From Gaiellaceae bacterium (GTDB lineage: Bacteria > Actinomycetota > Thermoleophilia > Gaiellales > Gaiellaceae), in the NCBI GenBank assembly GCA_035623685.1, contig DASPSY010000094.1, positions 3,305-67,304 on the forward strand: a stretch of 64,000 nt of DNA, read 5' to 3'. Every line of letters starts with the position of its first letter. The stretch's first letter is position 1. The position numbers and the translations under genes were made by a program. Of the stretch, positions 1 through 9,537 are shown piece after piece. Below the pieces are notes generated by a model, which saw only the letters and a program-made list of their open reading frames with translations, searched no databases and was not told the DNA's origin.

Positions 1-1311
1 CGTCCACTCGTCGCGCTTCACCGAGATGAAGTAGTCGACGTAGTCCTCGTCGCGTGCGCGGCCGAGCGCCTCGCGCAGGACGTCGTCCCGCTCGAGCTCG
101 TGCGTCGCCTCCAGCAGGTTGGCCGGCAGGAGCTCGATGCCCTGCTTCTTCAGATCCTTGGTCGACGTCGTGTAGAGGTTGCCCTTCACGGGATCGCCCG
201 GATCGAGCTTGTTGTCGATTCCGTCGAGACCGGCGGCCAGCACGACCGTCGCCGCGAGGTACGGGTTGCACGAGCCGTCGATCGTCCGGTCCTCGACACG
301 CCCCGGGCCGGGGACGCGCAGCATCTGCGTTCGGTTGTTGTAGCCGTAGCTGATGTAGACCGGCGACCACGTTGCGCCGCTCGTCGTCGTTCCGTGCTTC
401 AGGCGCTTGTACGAGTTGACGGTGGGCGCGGTGACGGCGATGTACGCCTTCGCGTGCTTCTTGAGCCCGCCGATGAAGTTGTACGCGAGCTCCGAGAGGC
501 CGAGGCCGCGCGGGTCGTCCTCGTCGAGGAACAGGTTCGTGTCCCCGTCCCACAGCGACATGTGGAAGTGGCAGCCGTTGCCCGTAAGGTCGGTGAACGG
601 CTTCGGCATGAACGTCGCGAGCAGGCCCTGCTGCTGCGCGAGGGTGTGCACCATGTAGCGGAAGAAGATCGCGCGGTCGCAGCTCGTCAGCGCGTCCGCA
701 TAGGTGAAGTTCTGCTCGAACTGGCCGTTCGCGTCCTCGTGGTCGTTCGCGTAGTTGCCCCAGCCGAGCCCGTTCACGTAGTTCGAGACGCGTCGGAGGA
801 ACTGGTAGTTGCGCGTCAACCCCTTGAGGTCGTAGCAGGGCTTCTCGAGGTCGTCGAGCTCGTCGGCGATCCTGATTCCGCCGTTGTCCCCGTCGCGCTC
901 GAGCAGGAAGTACTCGAGCTCGAGGCCGACCTTGAACTCGTAGCCCGCGGTCCTCGCGCGCTCGAGCTGGTGCCGGAGGATCGTGCGCGGATCGTACGGC
1001 CACTCCTCACCCTCGACCGTGACGTCGCAGGCAAAGCGTGCGAGCGTCGGCTCCCACGGCACCGGCGTGAAGCTGCGGAGATCGGGAATCGCTGCGATGT
1101 CCGGATCGCTCGGAAGTTGCCCGATCTCGCCTGCGGCGAACCCCGCGAATCCGGCGCCCTCCGTGACGAGGTCGTCGAGGCATACGGCCGGCACGAGCTT
1201 CGCGCTGGGACGCGCGTACATGTCGACGAACTGTGCGAAATAGAACTCGACCCCGAGCTCCTCGGACCTGGCGCGAATGTCTTCGACACCCGGCTCTGTC
1301 ACTGTTGCCAT
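1..1311 (-). CDS. glutamine synthetase family protein (GlnA-like); C-terminal end lies beyond the window
   Basis: Runs off the window, so it is absent from the ORF track. The reverse strand from ATG at 1311 (GGGGAGGG SD just upstream) reads MATVTEPGVEDIRARSEELGVEFYFAQFVDMYARPSAKLVPA... Later it carries GNGCHFHMSLWD and NSYKRL motifs typical of glutamine synthetases. The frame stays open to base 1 (437 codons). Confidence 0.8.
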   Translation of the reverse strand, partial: MATVTEPGVEDIRARSEELGVEFYFAQFVDMYARPSAKLVPAVCLDDLVTEGAGFAGFAAGEIGQLPSDPDIAAIPDLRSFTPVPWEPTLARFACDVTVEGEEWPYDPRTILRHQLERARTAGYEFKVGLELEYFLLERDGDNGGIRIADELDDLEKPCYDLKGLTRNYQFLRRVSNYVNGLGWGNYANDHEDANGQFEQNFTYADALTSCDRAIFFRYMVHTLAQQQGLLATFMPKPFTDLTGNGCHFHMSLWDGDTNLFLDEDDPRGLGLSELAYNFIGGLKKHAKAYIAVTAPTVNSYKRLKHGTTTSGATWSPVYISYGYNNRTQMLRVPGPGRVEDRTIDGSCNPYLAATVVLAAGLDGIDNKLDPGDPVKGNLYTTSTKDLKKQGIELLPANLLEATHELERDDVLREALGRARDEDYVDYFISVKRDEWT

Positions 1312-1344
1312 CTTGCCCTCCCCACGAGGTAATGGTCAGGGCGG

Positions 1345-4056
1345 TTATATCGCGGTCCGCGCGGCCGCGGAAACCGGCGCCAAGTCCGAGACGAGCTCTT
1401 CCAGCGAGACCGGCGCCCGATCCGCCGACTGAAGCGGGGTGACCGTTCCGGCCGAGCGCGCGCGGGACGCGGCCCGGAGCGCGCGGCGGTACGCCTCCGC
1501 GACGGTCCGACCACCGGCCATGACCTCCCCGGTGGAGCGCATCTCGACGCCTCGATCCGCAGCGCCCGCGAAGCGCTCGGTCGGGAAGATCGCCTCCTTC
1601 GCCCACGCGCGGGTCGGCTCGGCCCGCTCGGGGAGAGCGAGCGCGGCGAGTGGTTCTCCGAGCAGAAGCCGACACGCGTGGTCGACGAGCGGGATGCCCG
1701 TCGCCTTCGAGACGAAGGGCACGGTGCGGGAGGCGCGCGGATTCGCCTCCAGGACGTGGAGCTCGCCGCCCGACAGCGCCAGCTGGAGGTTCAGCAGCCC
1801 GCGGGCGCCGAGGCGTGGCACCAGCGCGCGGGCGAGGTTCCGGATCTCGGCGTCGACCGACGCGGTCACCGACGGCGCCGGCACGACGCAGGCCGAGTCG
1901 CCCGAATGCACGCCCGCTCGCTCGACGTGCTCGAGCACGGGCGCGATCCATGCGTCCTCGCCGTCGCAGAGGATGTCGACGTCGAGCTCGATCGCGTGCT
2001 CGAGAAAGCGGTCGACCAGAGCGGGACCGGTCAGCTCGAGCTCGTCCGGGCCGCGCGCGATCGACATCCCGCGGCCGCCGAGCACGAACGAGGGCCTCAC
2101 GAGCACCGGGTAGCCGAGCTCCGACGCGATCGCGCGCGCCTGCTCGGTCGTCGCCGCGATTCCCCACGCGGGTGCACGCAGACCGAGCTCCGCGAGCGCT
2201 GCGGCGAAGCGGCCGCGGTCCTCGGCGGTCTCGATCGCCTCGAGCGGATCGCCGAGCAACGGCACTCCTTCGTCGGCGAGCGACCGCGCGAGAGCGAGCG
2301 GCGTCTGGCCGCCGAGCTGCACCGCGACGCCGAGCGGCTGCTCCAGCTCGCAGACGTCGAGCACGCGCTCGACCGTCACGGGCTCGAGGTAGAGACGTCC
2401 GCACGTGTCGTAGTCCGTCGACACCGTCTCGGGATTCGAGTTGACGAGCACAGTCTCGTAGCCGAGCCGCCTGAACGTCTGCGCAGCGCGCACGCAGCAG
2501 TAGTCGAACTCGATCCCCTGGCCGATACGGTTCGTGCCCGAGCCGAGCACGACGATCGTTCGTGCACCGGGCGAGGCTGGCTCGTCTTCGAGCTCGTGCG
2601 AGAGGTAGTAGTAGGGCGTCCGCGCCTCGAACTCACCGGCGCAGGAGTCGACTGCGAGCCGACCGGCCCGTCGACGCCGCTTGCGTACGTCGCGCTCGCC
2701 GAGCCCCAGCACACGCGCGACGACCGAGTCCGGCAGACCGAACCGCTTCGCGGCTGCGACGTCTCCGGTCGCGGCGAGCTCGCGCTCCGCGGCGTGGATC
2801 GACTCGAGCTCGGCGACGAAATACGGGTGCAGACCGGGGATCACCGGCAGCGCCGCCCCGGACTCGACTCCTTCGAGCGCCTTGAGGAACGCCTCCGGAA
2901 ACGTTCTGCCGAGCCCGAGCGACTCGCCGACGGCGCGCATCTCCGTCCCGAGCACGGGTTCCTCGTGCGGGAACTTCCGGAAGTCGAAGCGCGGTGCCTT
3001 CACCGCCACGTAGTCGAGCGCGGGCTCGAACGCGGCGCTCGACGCACCGGTGATGTCGTTGGGCAGCTCGTCGAGCGAATAGCCGACCGCGAGCAACGCA
3101 GCGAGCTTCGCAATCGGGAATCCTGTCGCCTTCGACGCGAGCGCCGACGAGCGCGACACACGCGGGTTCATCTCGATCAGCGCGAGCTCGCGTGTTTTCG
3201 GCTCGTATGCGAACTGGACATTGGCCCCTCCCGTCGCGACGCCGACCGCGCGTGCACACGCGAACGCCGCGTCGCGAAGGCGCTGGTACTCCCGATCGGA
3301 CAGCGTCTGCTGCGGAGCGACGGTCCACGAGTCGCCCGTGTGCACGCCGACGGGATCGAGGTTCTCGATGGAGCAGACGACCACGCAGTTCCCGGCCGCG
3401 TCGCAGACGACTTCGAGCTCGAACTCCTGCCAGCCTTCGAGCGACCGCTCGACGAGCACCTGCGCGATCGGGCTCGCCGCGAGACCGGCCTTCACTCGCG
3501 TCTCGAGCTCCTGGGGCGTCCGTGCGAGACCGCCACCGCGGCCGCCCAGCGTGAAGGCGGGTCGGACGACGCTCGGCACCGGGCATCCGCCGAGCTGCGC
3601 TAGGGAGGTGACGACGACACTGTCCACGACAGGGAGTCCTGCCGCACGGGCCGCGGCGCGGAACGCGGACCGGTCCTCCGCCCGGCGGATCGCGTCGAGG
3701 TCGGCGCCGATCAGCTCGACGCCGTGCTCGGCGAGCACGCCAGCCTCCGCCAGCTCGACCGCGAGATTGAGCGCTGTCTGGCCGCCGAGGGTCGGTAGCA
3801 GGGCGGACGGGCGCTCGCGCGCGACGATCGCGGCGAGCGTCTCCGCGTCGAGCGGCTCGAGATACGTCGCGTCCGCCCATTCCGGGTCGGTCATGATCGT
3901 CGCGGGGTTGGAGTTGACGAGCACGACGCGGTAGCCCTCGGTGCGGAGCACCCTGCACGCCTGTACGCCCGCGTAGTCGAACTCACATCCCTGCCCGATG
4001 CGAATCGGGCCTGAGCCGACGATCAGGATGCTGCGTAGATCGGTGCGCTTCGGCAC
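1345..4056 (-). CDS. carB: carbamoyl-phosphate synthase large subunit, short form without C-terminal allosteric domain
   Basis: ORF 1345..4740 trimmed to GTG 4056: [30 protein letters not shown] (cf. E. coli [30 protein letters not shown]). The second ATP-grasp half starts [23 protein letters not shown]. The upstream 228 codons are Arg-rich and overlap carA. The protein ends about 55 aa after [11 protein letters not shown]. Confidence 0.9.
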   Translation of the reverse strand: MPKRTDLRSILIVGSGPIRIGQGCEFDYAGVQACRVLRTEGYRVVLVNSNPATIMTDPEWADATYLEPLDAETLAAIVARERPSALLPTLGGQTALNLAVELAEAGVLAEHGVELIGADLDAIRRAEDRSAFRAAARAAGLPVVDSVVVTSLAQLGGCPVPSVVRPAFTLGGRGGGLARTPQELETRVKAGLAASPIAQVLVERSLEGWQEFELEVVCDAAGNCVVVCSIENLDPVGVHTGDSWTVAPQQTLSDREYQRLRDAAFACARAVGVATGGANVQFAYEPKTRELALIEMNPRVSRSSALASKATGFPIAKLAALLAVGYSLDELPNDITGASSAAFEPALDYVAVKAPRFDFRKFPHEEPVLGTEMRAVGESLGLGRTFPEAFLKALEGVESGAALPVIPGLHPYFVAELESIHAAERELAATGDVAAAKRFGLPDSVVARVLGLGERDVRKRRRRAGRLAVDSCAGEFEARTPYYYLSHELEDEPASPGARTIVVLGSGTNRIGQGIEFDYCCVRAAQTFRRLGYETVLVNSNPETVSTDYDTCGRLYLEPVTVERVLDVCELEQPLGVAVQLGGQTPLALARSLADEGVPLLGDPLEAIETAEDRGRFAAALAELGLRAPAWGIAATTEQARAIASELGYPVLVRPSFVLGGRGMSIARGPDELELTGPALVDRFLEHAIELDVDILCDGEDAWIAPVLEHVERAGVHSGDSACVVPAPSVTASVDAEIRNLARALVPRLGARGLLNLQLALSGGELHVLEANPRASRTVPFVSKATGIPLVDHACRLLLGEPLAALALPERAEPTRAWAKEAIFPTERFAGAADRGVEMRSTGEVMAGGRTVAEAYRRALRAASRARSAGTVTPLQSADRAPVSLEELVSDLAPVSAAARTAI

Positions 4057-5108
4057 GACTCCACGATCCGGTCGAAGAAGGGAACTGCATCCCGCGGGCC
4101 CGGCGCCGCCTCCGGATGGAACTGCAACGTGACGAAGTCGTCGCCCTCGAGACCCTCGACGGTGTCGTCGTTCAGCGAGAGGTGGCTCACGGACACGTCG
4201 TCGGACGGCTCGACGGCGAAGCCGTGATTCTGCGCCGTCACCAGCACGCGGTTCGAGCCGCGGATCCGCACCGGGTGGTTCGCGCCGCGATGGCCGAACT
4301 TGAGCTTGAACGTCTGCAGGCCGAGCGCGAGCGCAACGAGCTGGTGTCCGAGGCAGATGCCGAAGAGCGGAACCTTCCCGAGCAGATTGCGCGTCGTCTC
4401 GATCGGACCCGTCAGCTGCGCCGGGTCGCCGGGGCCGTTGCCGACGAGGACCGCGGCCGGCGCGAGTGCGAGCACTTCGTCGGCGCTCCACGAGCCCGGG
4501 ACGACGACCGCCTGCGCGCCGGCCTCGACGAGCCGTCGGGCGATCGAGCGCTTGCAGCCGAGATCGAGGACGACGACGCGCGGACCGGTGCCGAGGACGT
4601 ACGGCTCGCCGGTCGCGGCCTCGAGCGCGGGCGGTGAGGACGCGAGCGCCGGCTCTGCGAGCATGCGCTCCCAGTCCAGATGCGGCTGCGCGAGCGCGAG
4701 CGCATGCAGCTCGTCCGGAGCGGCGTCGCCGAGCGCGCAACGCATCGTCCCGTCCTCACGGAGGCGCCGAACGAGTGCTCGCGTGTCGATCTCGTCGAGC
4801 GCGACCACGCCTCGTCCGGCGAGCCAAGCGCTCCAGAGCGGACGTGCGCGGCGCATGACGACACCCTCGGTCCACACACGACCCGACTCGAGCAGCGCCT
4901 CGTCGACCCCGTAGTTGCCGACGAGCGGATACGAGAAGGCGAGCACCTGCCGCGCGTAGCTCGGGTCGGTCACCGCCTGCTCGTAGCCGCTCATGGTGGT
5001 GGTGAAGCACGCCTCCCCGGCCGAGACGCCGGCGGCGCCCACGGAGCGCCCCGGAAAGACAGTGCCGTCCTCGAGCACGAGCGCGGCGGGAGCGTACGCG
5101 ATTTGCAT
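4023..5108 (-). CDS. carA: carbamoyl-phosphate synthase small (glutaminase) subunit
   Basis: ORF 4023..5594 trimmed to ATG 5108 ([25 protein letters not shown]...). It has the class-I amidotransferase motif [10 protein letters not shown] and HGFAV...QFHPEA. The 5' part of the long ORF is Arg-rich junk. Overlaps the carB start by 34 nt. Confidence 0.9.
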   Translation of the reverse strand: MQIAYAPAALVLEDGTVFPGRSVGAAGVSAGEACFTTTMSGYEQAVTDPSYARQVLAFSYPLVGNYGVDEALLESGRVWTEGVVMRRARPLWSAWLAGRGVVALDEIDTRALVRRLREDGTMRCALGDAAPDELHALALAQPHLDWERMLAEPALASSPPALEAATGEPYVLGTGPRVVVLDLGCKRSIARRLVEAGAQAVVVPGSWSADEVLALAPAAVLVGNGPGDPAQLTGPIETTRNLLGKVPLFGICLGHQLVALALGLQTFKLKFGHRGANHPVRIRGSNRVLVTAQNHGFAVEPSDDVSVSHLSLNDDTVEGLEGDDFVTLQFHPEAAPGPRDAVPFFDRIVESCRSAPIYAAS

Positions 5109-5137
5109 AGTAACTCTGATTTTGCATAATACGCACA
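5099..5137. promoter_or_regulatory. divergent carA/argC promoter region with two TTTGCATA (ARG-box-like half-site) motifs
   Basis: This is the only AT-rich patch for kilobases: cgATTTGCATAgtaactctgatTTTGCATAatacgcacaGTG. TTTGCATA occurs at 5102-5109 and 5121-5128. A possible argC promoter is TTTGCA(5102)-16 nt-CATAAT(5124-5129), which leaves about 0-2 nt before GTG 5138. argR is encoded in the operon. Confidence 0.45.
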
Positions 5138-6118
5138 GTGACTGCAACCGTCGTCCTCGGTACGTCCGGCTTCGCGGGGCAGGAGACGCTCGACCGAGTG
5201 CTCGCCCACCCCCGGCTCGAGCTCGTCGCGCTCGGCTCCGACTCGCTCGCGGGGGAGCTGGCGGCCGCGCTGGACCCGCGTCTCGGCCAGGAGCTGCCTC
5301 CGTTCGTCCCGAACGACGAAGCGCTCGCCGCCGGGGCCGAGCTCGTCCTCTGCTGCCTCGGGCACGAGCAGGCCGCCGCACTGGAGCCGCCGGAGGACGC
5401 CGTCGTCGTCGATCTCTCGGGCGCTCACCGGCTCGACGATGCGGAGCTCTATGCGAGGTGGTACGGGTTCGAGCACCCGCGGGCCGATCGTCTTGCCGAC
5501 TGGTGCTACGCGGTTCCCGAGCTCTTCCCGCCGACGACCTCCCGGATCGCCAACCCAGGCTGCTACGCGACCGCCGCGCTGCTCGCGCTCGCACCGCTCG
5601 CCGACGTCGTCGACGCGACGAGCGTCGTCGTCGTCGACGCGAAGTCGGGTGTGTCGGGTGCCGGGAAGGAGCTGAAGCCCGCGTCGCACGCGGCGGCCGT
5701 GCTGGAGAACGTCGCGCCCTACCGCGTCGGCAGTCACCAACACGTCCCCGAGCTGCAGCAGGCGCTCGGCTTCCCGGTTTGCTTCGTCCCTCACCTCCTT
5801 CCGGTGCGGCGGGGCCTGATCGCGACGTGCTACGTCCGCACCGGCGCGGACGTGCGCCACCTGCTCGAGGCGACCTACGCGACCGCGGCGGCCGTCACCG
5901 TGCTGCCCGAAGGGATGGCGCCGGAGCTCTCACGCGTGCAAGGGACGGACGCGGCGGAGCTCGGCGTCTTCGTCGACAACGCGACCGGCACCGCGATCGT
6001 CATCTGCGCACTCGACAACCTCGGGAAAGGCGCGGCCGGCCAGGCGGTCCAGAACGCGAACCTCGCACTCGGACTGGACGAGACCGCCGGCCTGCGACTC
6101 GCGGGAGTGCTCGTATGA
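5138..6118 (+). CDS. argC: N-acetyl-gamma-glutamyl-phosphate reductase
   Basis: MTATVVLGTSGFAGQETLDRVLAHPRLELVALGS... with the active-site region ANPGCYATAALLAL. First gene of the arg operon. Its stop overlaps the argJ ATG (ATGA). Confidence 0.93.
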   Translation: MTATVVLGTSGFAGQETLDRVLAHPRLELVALGSDSLAGELAAALDPRLGQELPPFVPNDEALAAGAELVLCCLGHEQAAALEPPEDAVVVDLSGAHRLDDAELYARWYGFEHPRADRLADWCYAVPELFPPTTSRIANPGCYATAALLALAPLADVVDATSVVVVDAKSGVSGAGKELKPASHAAAVLENVAPYRVGSHQHVPELQQALGFPVCFVPHLLPVRRGLIATCYVRTGADVRHLLEATYATAAAVTVLPEGMAPELSRVQGTDAAELGVFVDNATGTAIVICALDNLGKGAAGQAVQNANLALGLDETAGLRLAGVLV

Positions 6119-7278
6119 GCGTCACCGCGCCGAGAGGTTTCGTCGCAGGTGGGATGCACGCGGGCATCCGTCGGGACGCGAAGGACCTCGCGCTCGTGCG
6201 CTCGACGGCACCGGCCGTCGGCGCCGCCATGTTCACCGCGAACCGCGTCCAAGCCGCGCCGGTCGTCGTCTCGAAGTCGCATCTCGCCGAGGCCGAGCCG
6301 CAGGCGGTCGTGATCAACTCGGGCGTCGCAAACGCCGCCACGGGCGTGCGGGGAGAGCTCGACGCGCTCGCGACCGCCGCGGAGGCGGGTCGCCTCCTCG
6401 ACCTCGACGCCGAGGAGGTGCTCGTGCTCTCGACCGGCGTGATCGGCACGCTGCTCCCGCTCGAACGGCTGCTCGGCGGCCTGCGCGCGCTCGCGCCGAC
6501 GCTGAGCGGCGACGGAGGCGCGGACGCAGCAGAGGCGATCCTCACGACCGACACACACGCGAAGCAGGCAGCCGTCTCGACGGCCGGGTTCACCGTCGGC
6601 GGCATGGCGAAGGGCTCGGGGATGATCCACCCGCAGCTCGCGACCATGCTCGCGGTCGTCACGACCGACTATCCGCTCGAGCTCGGCGAGGCGGGCGACT
6701 TCCTCCGCCCCGCCGTCGAACGGAGCTTCAACTCGATCTCCGTCGACGGCGAGTGCTCGACGAACGACGCCGTCGTCCTGCTCGCGAACGGCACGAGCGC
6801 CGTCCCACGCACTCCGGCCTCGGACGAGGCGTTCGCGCGCGCGCTCCAGGAGGTCTGCGCACGGCTCGCTGAGCAGATCGTCGCGGACGGCGAAGGCGCG
6901 ACCGTGCTCGCGGAGATCGCGGTGCACGGCGCCGTCGACGGCGAGCAGGCACGCGCGATCGCGTCGCGGATCGCGACGTCGTCGCTCGTCAAGACCGCGC
7001 TGTTCGGACGCGATGCCAACTGGGGCCGCGTGCTCGCGGCGGCAGGATCAGCTCCGTTCGACGGCGGCTTCGCCGAGATCGAGCCGTCGCGCGTCACGCT
7101 CGCCTACAACGGCACGGTCGTACTCGCGGAAGGGGTGCCGCAGGCGCTCGAGCCGCAGCTCTCCAACGGCCACTGCCGGATCGAGCTCGACCTCGGACTC
7201 GGCGAGGGCAGCGCGAGCTACCTGACGAGCGATCTCTCCTACGACTACGTCCGCATCAACGCCGACTACCGGACATGA
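6115..7278 (+). CDS. argJ: bifunctional ornithine acetyltransferase / N-acetylglutamate synthase
   Basis: In-frame ATG 6115 inside ORF 4993..7278: MSVTAPRGFVAGGMHAGIRRDAKDLALV..., the autoproteolytic site region GMIHPQLATMLAVVTTD, and it ends LSYDYVRINADYRT. The 5' extension of the ORF overlaps argC in another frame. Confidence 0.93.
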   Translation: MSVTAPRGFVAGGMHAGIRRDAKDLALVRSTAPAVGAAMFTANRVQAAPVVVSKSHLAEAEPQAVVINSGVANAATGVRGELDALATAAEAGRLLDLDAEEVLVLSTGVIGTLLPLERLLGGLRALAPTLSGDGGADAAEAILTTDTHAKQAAVSTAGFTVGGMAKGSGMIHPQLATMLAVVTTDYPLELGEAGDFLRPAVERSFNSISVDGECSTNDAVVLLANGTSAVPRTPASDEAFARALQEVCARLAEQIVADGEGATVLAEIAVHGAVDGEQARAIASRIATSSLVKTALFGRDANWGRVLAAAGSAPFDGGFAEIEPSRVTLAYNGTVVLAEGVPQALEPQLSNGHCRIELDLGLGEGSASYLTSDLSYDYVRINADYRT

Positions 7279-7940
7279 GCCTCGTCGTCGTGAAGCTCGG
7301 CGGTGCGGTCGCAGAGGACGCGGCGGAGATGGTGCTCGCCCTCGCGCTGGAGCACGACGTGTGCGTCGTCCACGGCGCCGGCCCGCAGATCACGGCGGAG
7401 ATGGAGCGGTTCGGGATCGAGGTCTGCTTCGTCGGTGGACGGCGGGTCACGAGCGAGGCGGGCCTCGCGGTGGTTCGCTCGTCGGTCGCGGCGGTCAACC
7501 GCGCCGTGTGCGCCGCCATCGGCCCGCGCGCGCTGCCGATGTTCGGCGACGAGGTTGGCCTCCACGCTGCGCATGTCGGGCCCCTCGGCTTCGTCGGAGA
7601 TCCGCTCCCGTCGCGACCGCCCGCGATCGTCGAGGCGGTGCGCGACGGTCGCATCCCTGTCGTCGCGCCGCTCGCCGTCGGCCCGCTCAACGTCAACGCG
7701 GACGAGGCGGCAGCCGCGCTCGCAGTCGGGCTCGAGGCCGACCGGATCGTGTTCGTCACCGACGTGCCCGGGCTGCTCGTAGGTGACGCCGTCGCGCCGG
7801 AGATCGCCGTCGGCGACGCGGTACGGCTGCTCGACGACGGCGAGCTCGAGGGCGGGATCGTGCCGAAGCTCCGCGCAGCGGTTTCCGCAGCGCGGAACGG
7901 CGTGGACGCGGTGATCGGGGACACGGCGGTGGTCGCGTGA
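7275..7940 (+). CDS. argB: acetylglutamate kinase (short, 221 aa)
   Basis: MSLVVVKLGGAV...VVHGAGPQI...GRRVT...NVNADEAAAALAVGLEADRIVFVTDVPGL...GGIVPKL. ATGA overlap with argJ and GTGA overlap with argD. Confidence 0.9.
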   Translation: MSLVVVKLGGAVAEDAAEMVLALALEHDVCVVHGAGPQITAEMERFGIEVCFVGGRRVTSEAGLAVVRSSVAAVNRAVCAAIGPRALPMFGDEVGLHAAHVGPLGFVGDPLPSRPPAIVEAVRDGRIPVVAPLAVGPLNVNADEAAAALAVGLEADRIVFVTDVPGLLVGDAVAPEIAVGDAVRLLDDGELEGGIVPKLRAAVSAARNGVDAVIGDTAVVA

Positions 7941-9076
7941 CGACCGCCGTGTCGCAGAACGCGGTCCTCCCGCTCTACCCGCGGCAGGACGTCACGCTCG
8001 TGGCGGGTCAGGGGACGACCGTCGTCGACAGCGACGGCCGGAGCTACCTCGACTTCCTCGCCGGGATCGCCGTAGTCGGCCTCGGACACTGCCATCCCGT
8101 TCCCCTCGCAGCGGCGAGTGCGCAGCTCGAGCGGCTCTGGCACGTGTCGAATCTCTACTGGACCGAGCCGATGACGGCACTGGCCGAGCGTCTGTCGGCG
8201 CGGTTCGGTGGCGCGCGCGCGTTCTTCGCCAACTCGGGAGCAGAGTCGATCGAGGCCGGGCTGAAGCTCGCGCGCAAGGCAACGGGGAAGCCCGGCGTCG
8301 TCGCGCTGCACGGATCGTTCCACGGCCGCACGCTCGGCGCGCTCTCCATCACCGGCCAGCCCGAGAAGCGCGAGGCTTTCGAGCCGTTGCTCCCGCACGT
8401 TCGGTTCGCGGAGCGGAACGCGACCGAATCGCTCGAGGGGGCCGTCGACGACGAGACCGGCTGCATCGCGCTCGAGCCGATCCAGGGAGAGGGCGGCATC
8501 CACGTCCTCGAGCCGGGCTTCCTGCGCGCCGCGCGCCGCCTCGCCGACGAGACCGGAGCGCTGCTCCTCTACGACGAGATCCAGACCGGCGTCGGTCGCA
8601 CCGGTACGTTCTTCGCCTGGGAGCAGACGCCCGTGCGCCCCGATGCCGTGACGCTCGCAAAAGGCCTTGCCAACGGCCTGCCGATCGGCTGTCTGCTCGT
8701 CGCCGACGGCGTTTCCGATGCCTTCACGATCGGTGACCACGGCAGCACGTTCGGCGGGAACCCGGTCGCGTGCGCTGCTGCGACGGCGGTCTGCGACACG
8801 CTCACGGACGAGCTGCTCGCATCGGTGGCGCAGAACGGCCGCCTGCTCGCCGACGGGCTCGCCGAGCTCGATGCCGTTCGCGAGGTCCGTGGTGCCGGCC
8901 TGTTGCTCGGCGCGGAGCTCGACCGGCCCGCGGCGGATGTGGTGGACGAGTGCCGCGCGCTCGGGCTCCTCGTCGGCACCGCCGGCGACAACGTCCTGCG
9001 CGTGACCCCGCCGCTGGTCGTCACGCCGCCGGAGATCGAGACGGCGCTCGGAATCCTCGAGGAGGTGCTCGCGTGA
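7937..9076 (+). CDS. argD: acetylornithine aminotransferase
   Basis: Class-III aminotransferase motifs: FANSGAESIEAGLKLAR, LLLYDEIQTGVGRTG, and PDAVTLAKGLANGLPIG (PLP lysine). Confidence 0.93.
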   Translation: MTTAVSQNAVLPLYPRQDVTLVAGQGTTVVDSDGRSYLDFLAGIAVVGLGHCHPVPLAAASAQLERLWHVSNLYWTEPMTALAERLSARFGGARAFFANSGAESIEAGLKLARKATGKPGVVALHGSFHGRTLGALSITGQPEKREAFEPLLPHVRFAERNATESLEGAVDDETGCIALEPIQGEGGIHVLEPGFLRAARRLADETGALLLYDEIQTGVGRTGTFFAWEQTPVRPDAVTLAKGLANGLPIGCLLVADGVSDAFTIGDHGSTFGGNPVACAAATAVCDTLTDELLASVAQNGRLLADGLAELDAVREVRGAGLLLGAELDRPAADVVDECRALGLLVGTAGDNVLRVTPPLVVTPPEIETALGILEEVLA

Positions 9077-9537
9077 AGAAGTTCGAACGGCAGGGCGCGA
9101 TCCTGCGACTCGTCAAGGAGCAGAAGCTCTCGACGCAGACGGAGCTCGCGGAGGCGCTGCACGGCGCCGGCTTCGGCGCGGTCCAGACGACGGTCTCACG
9201 CGACATCGCCGAGCTCGGGCTCGTCAAGGTCAGGGACGAGCAAGGGCGACTCGTCTACGCACTGCCCGGTGCGGCCGATCTCTCCCGCCTCGGCGAGCTC
9301 GGCTCCGCGCTCCGACGATGGGCGCTCTCGATCGTGTCGACGGGGAACCTCGTCGTCATCCACACACCTCCGGGAACGGCGAACGCGCTCGCCCGCACGA
9401 TCGACGCGACCGGTCTCGCCGACGTCGCCGGGACGGTCGCGGGCGACGACTCGATCTTCGTCGCTGCACGCGACGGCGTCGAGGGCGCGGCGCTCGCCGA
9501 CCAGCTCCGCCACCACCTGGAAGGAGAGACGCAGTGA
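9073..9537 (+). CDS. argR: arginine repressor
   Basis: GTG 9073 (GTGA overlap with argD) within ORF 8770..9537: VKKFERQGAILRLVKEQKLSTQTELAEALHGAGFGAVQTTVSRDIAELGLVKV (winged helix). C-terminal motif GTVAGDDSIFV. Confidence 0.9.
   Translation: MKKFERQGAILRLVKEQKLSTQTELAEALHGAGFGAVQTTVSRDIAELGLVKVRDEQGRLVYALPGAADLSRLGELGSALRRWALSIVSTGNLVVIHTPPGTANALARTIDATGLADVAGTVAGDDSIFVAARDGVEGAALADQLRHHLEGETQ

Noticed and set aside
100-1332. 410-aa plus-strand ORF (and the 465-aa minus ORF 1007..2404) at the left edge
   Set aside because: The translations are Arg/Val/Glu/Ala-rich low-complexity sequence with no motifs. They lie antisense to, or frame-shifted over, the clearly homologous GlnA-like and CarB frames. 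This is the typical long spurious ORF of stop-poor GC-rich DNA.
4993-6114. 5' extension of the argJ ORF (761-aa ORF 4993..7278), and similar long 5' extensions of carA, carB, ilvB, ilvN, argR, argG, proB, leuD, shc, hpnC-E and ispH ORFs
   Set aside because: In each case the extension is Arg-rich and overlaps the neighbouring real gene in another frame. A start codon forming an ATGA/GTGA overlap or preceded by an SD coincides with the homology-expected N-terminus.
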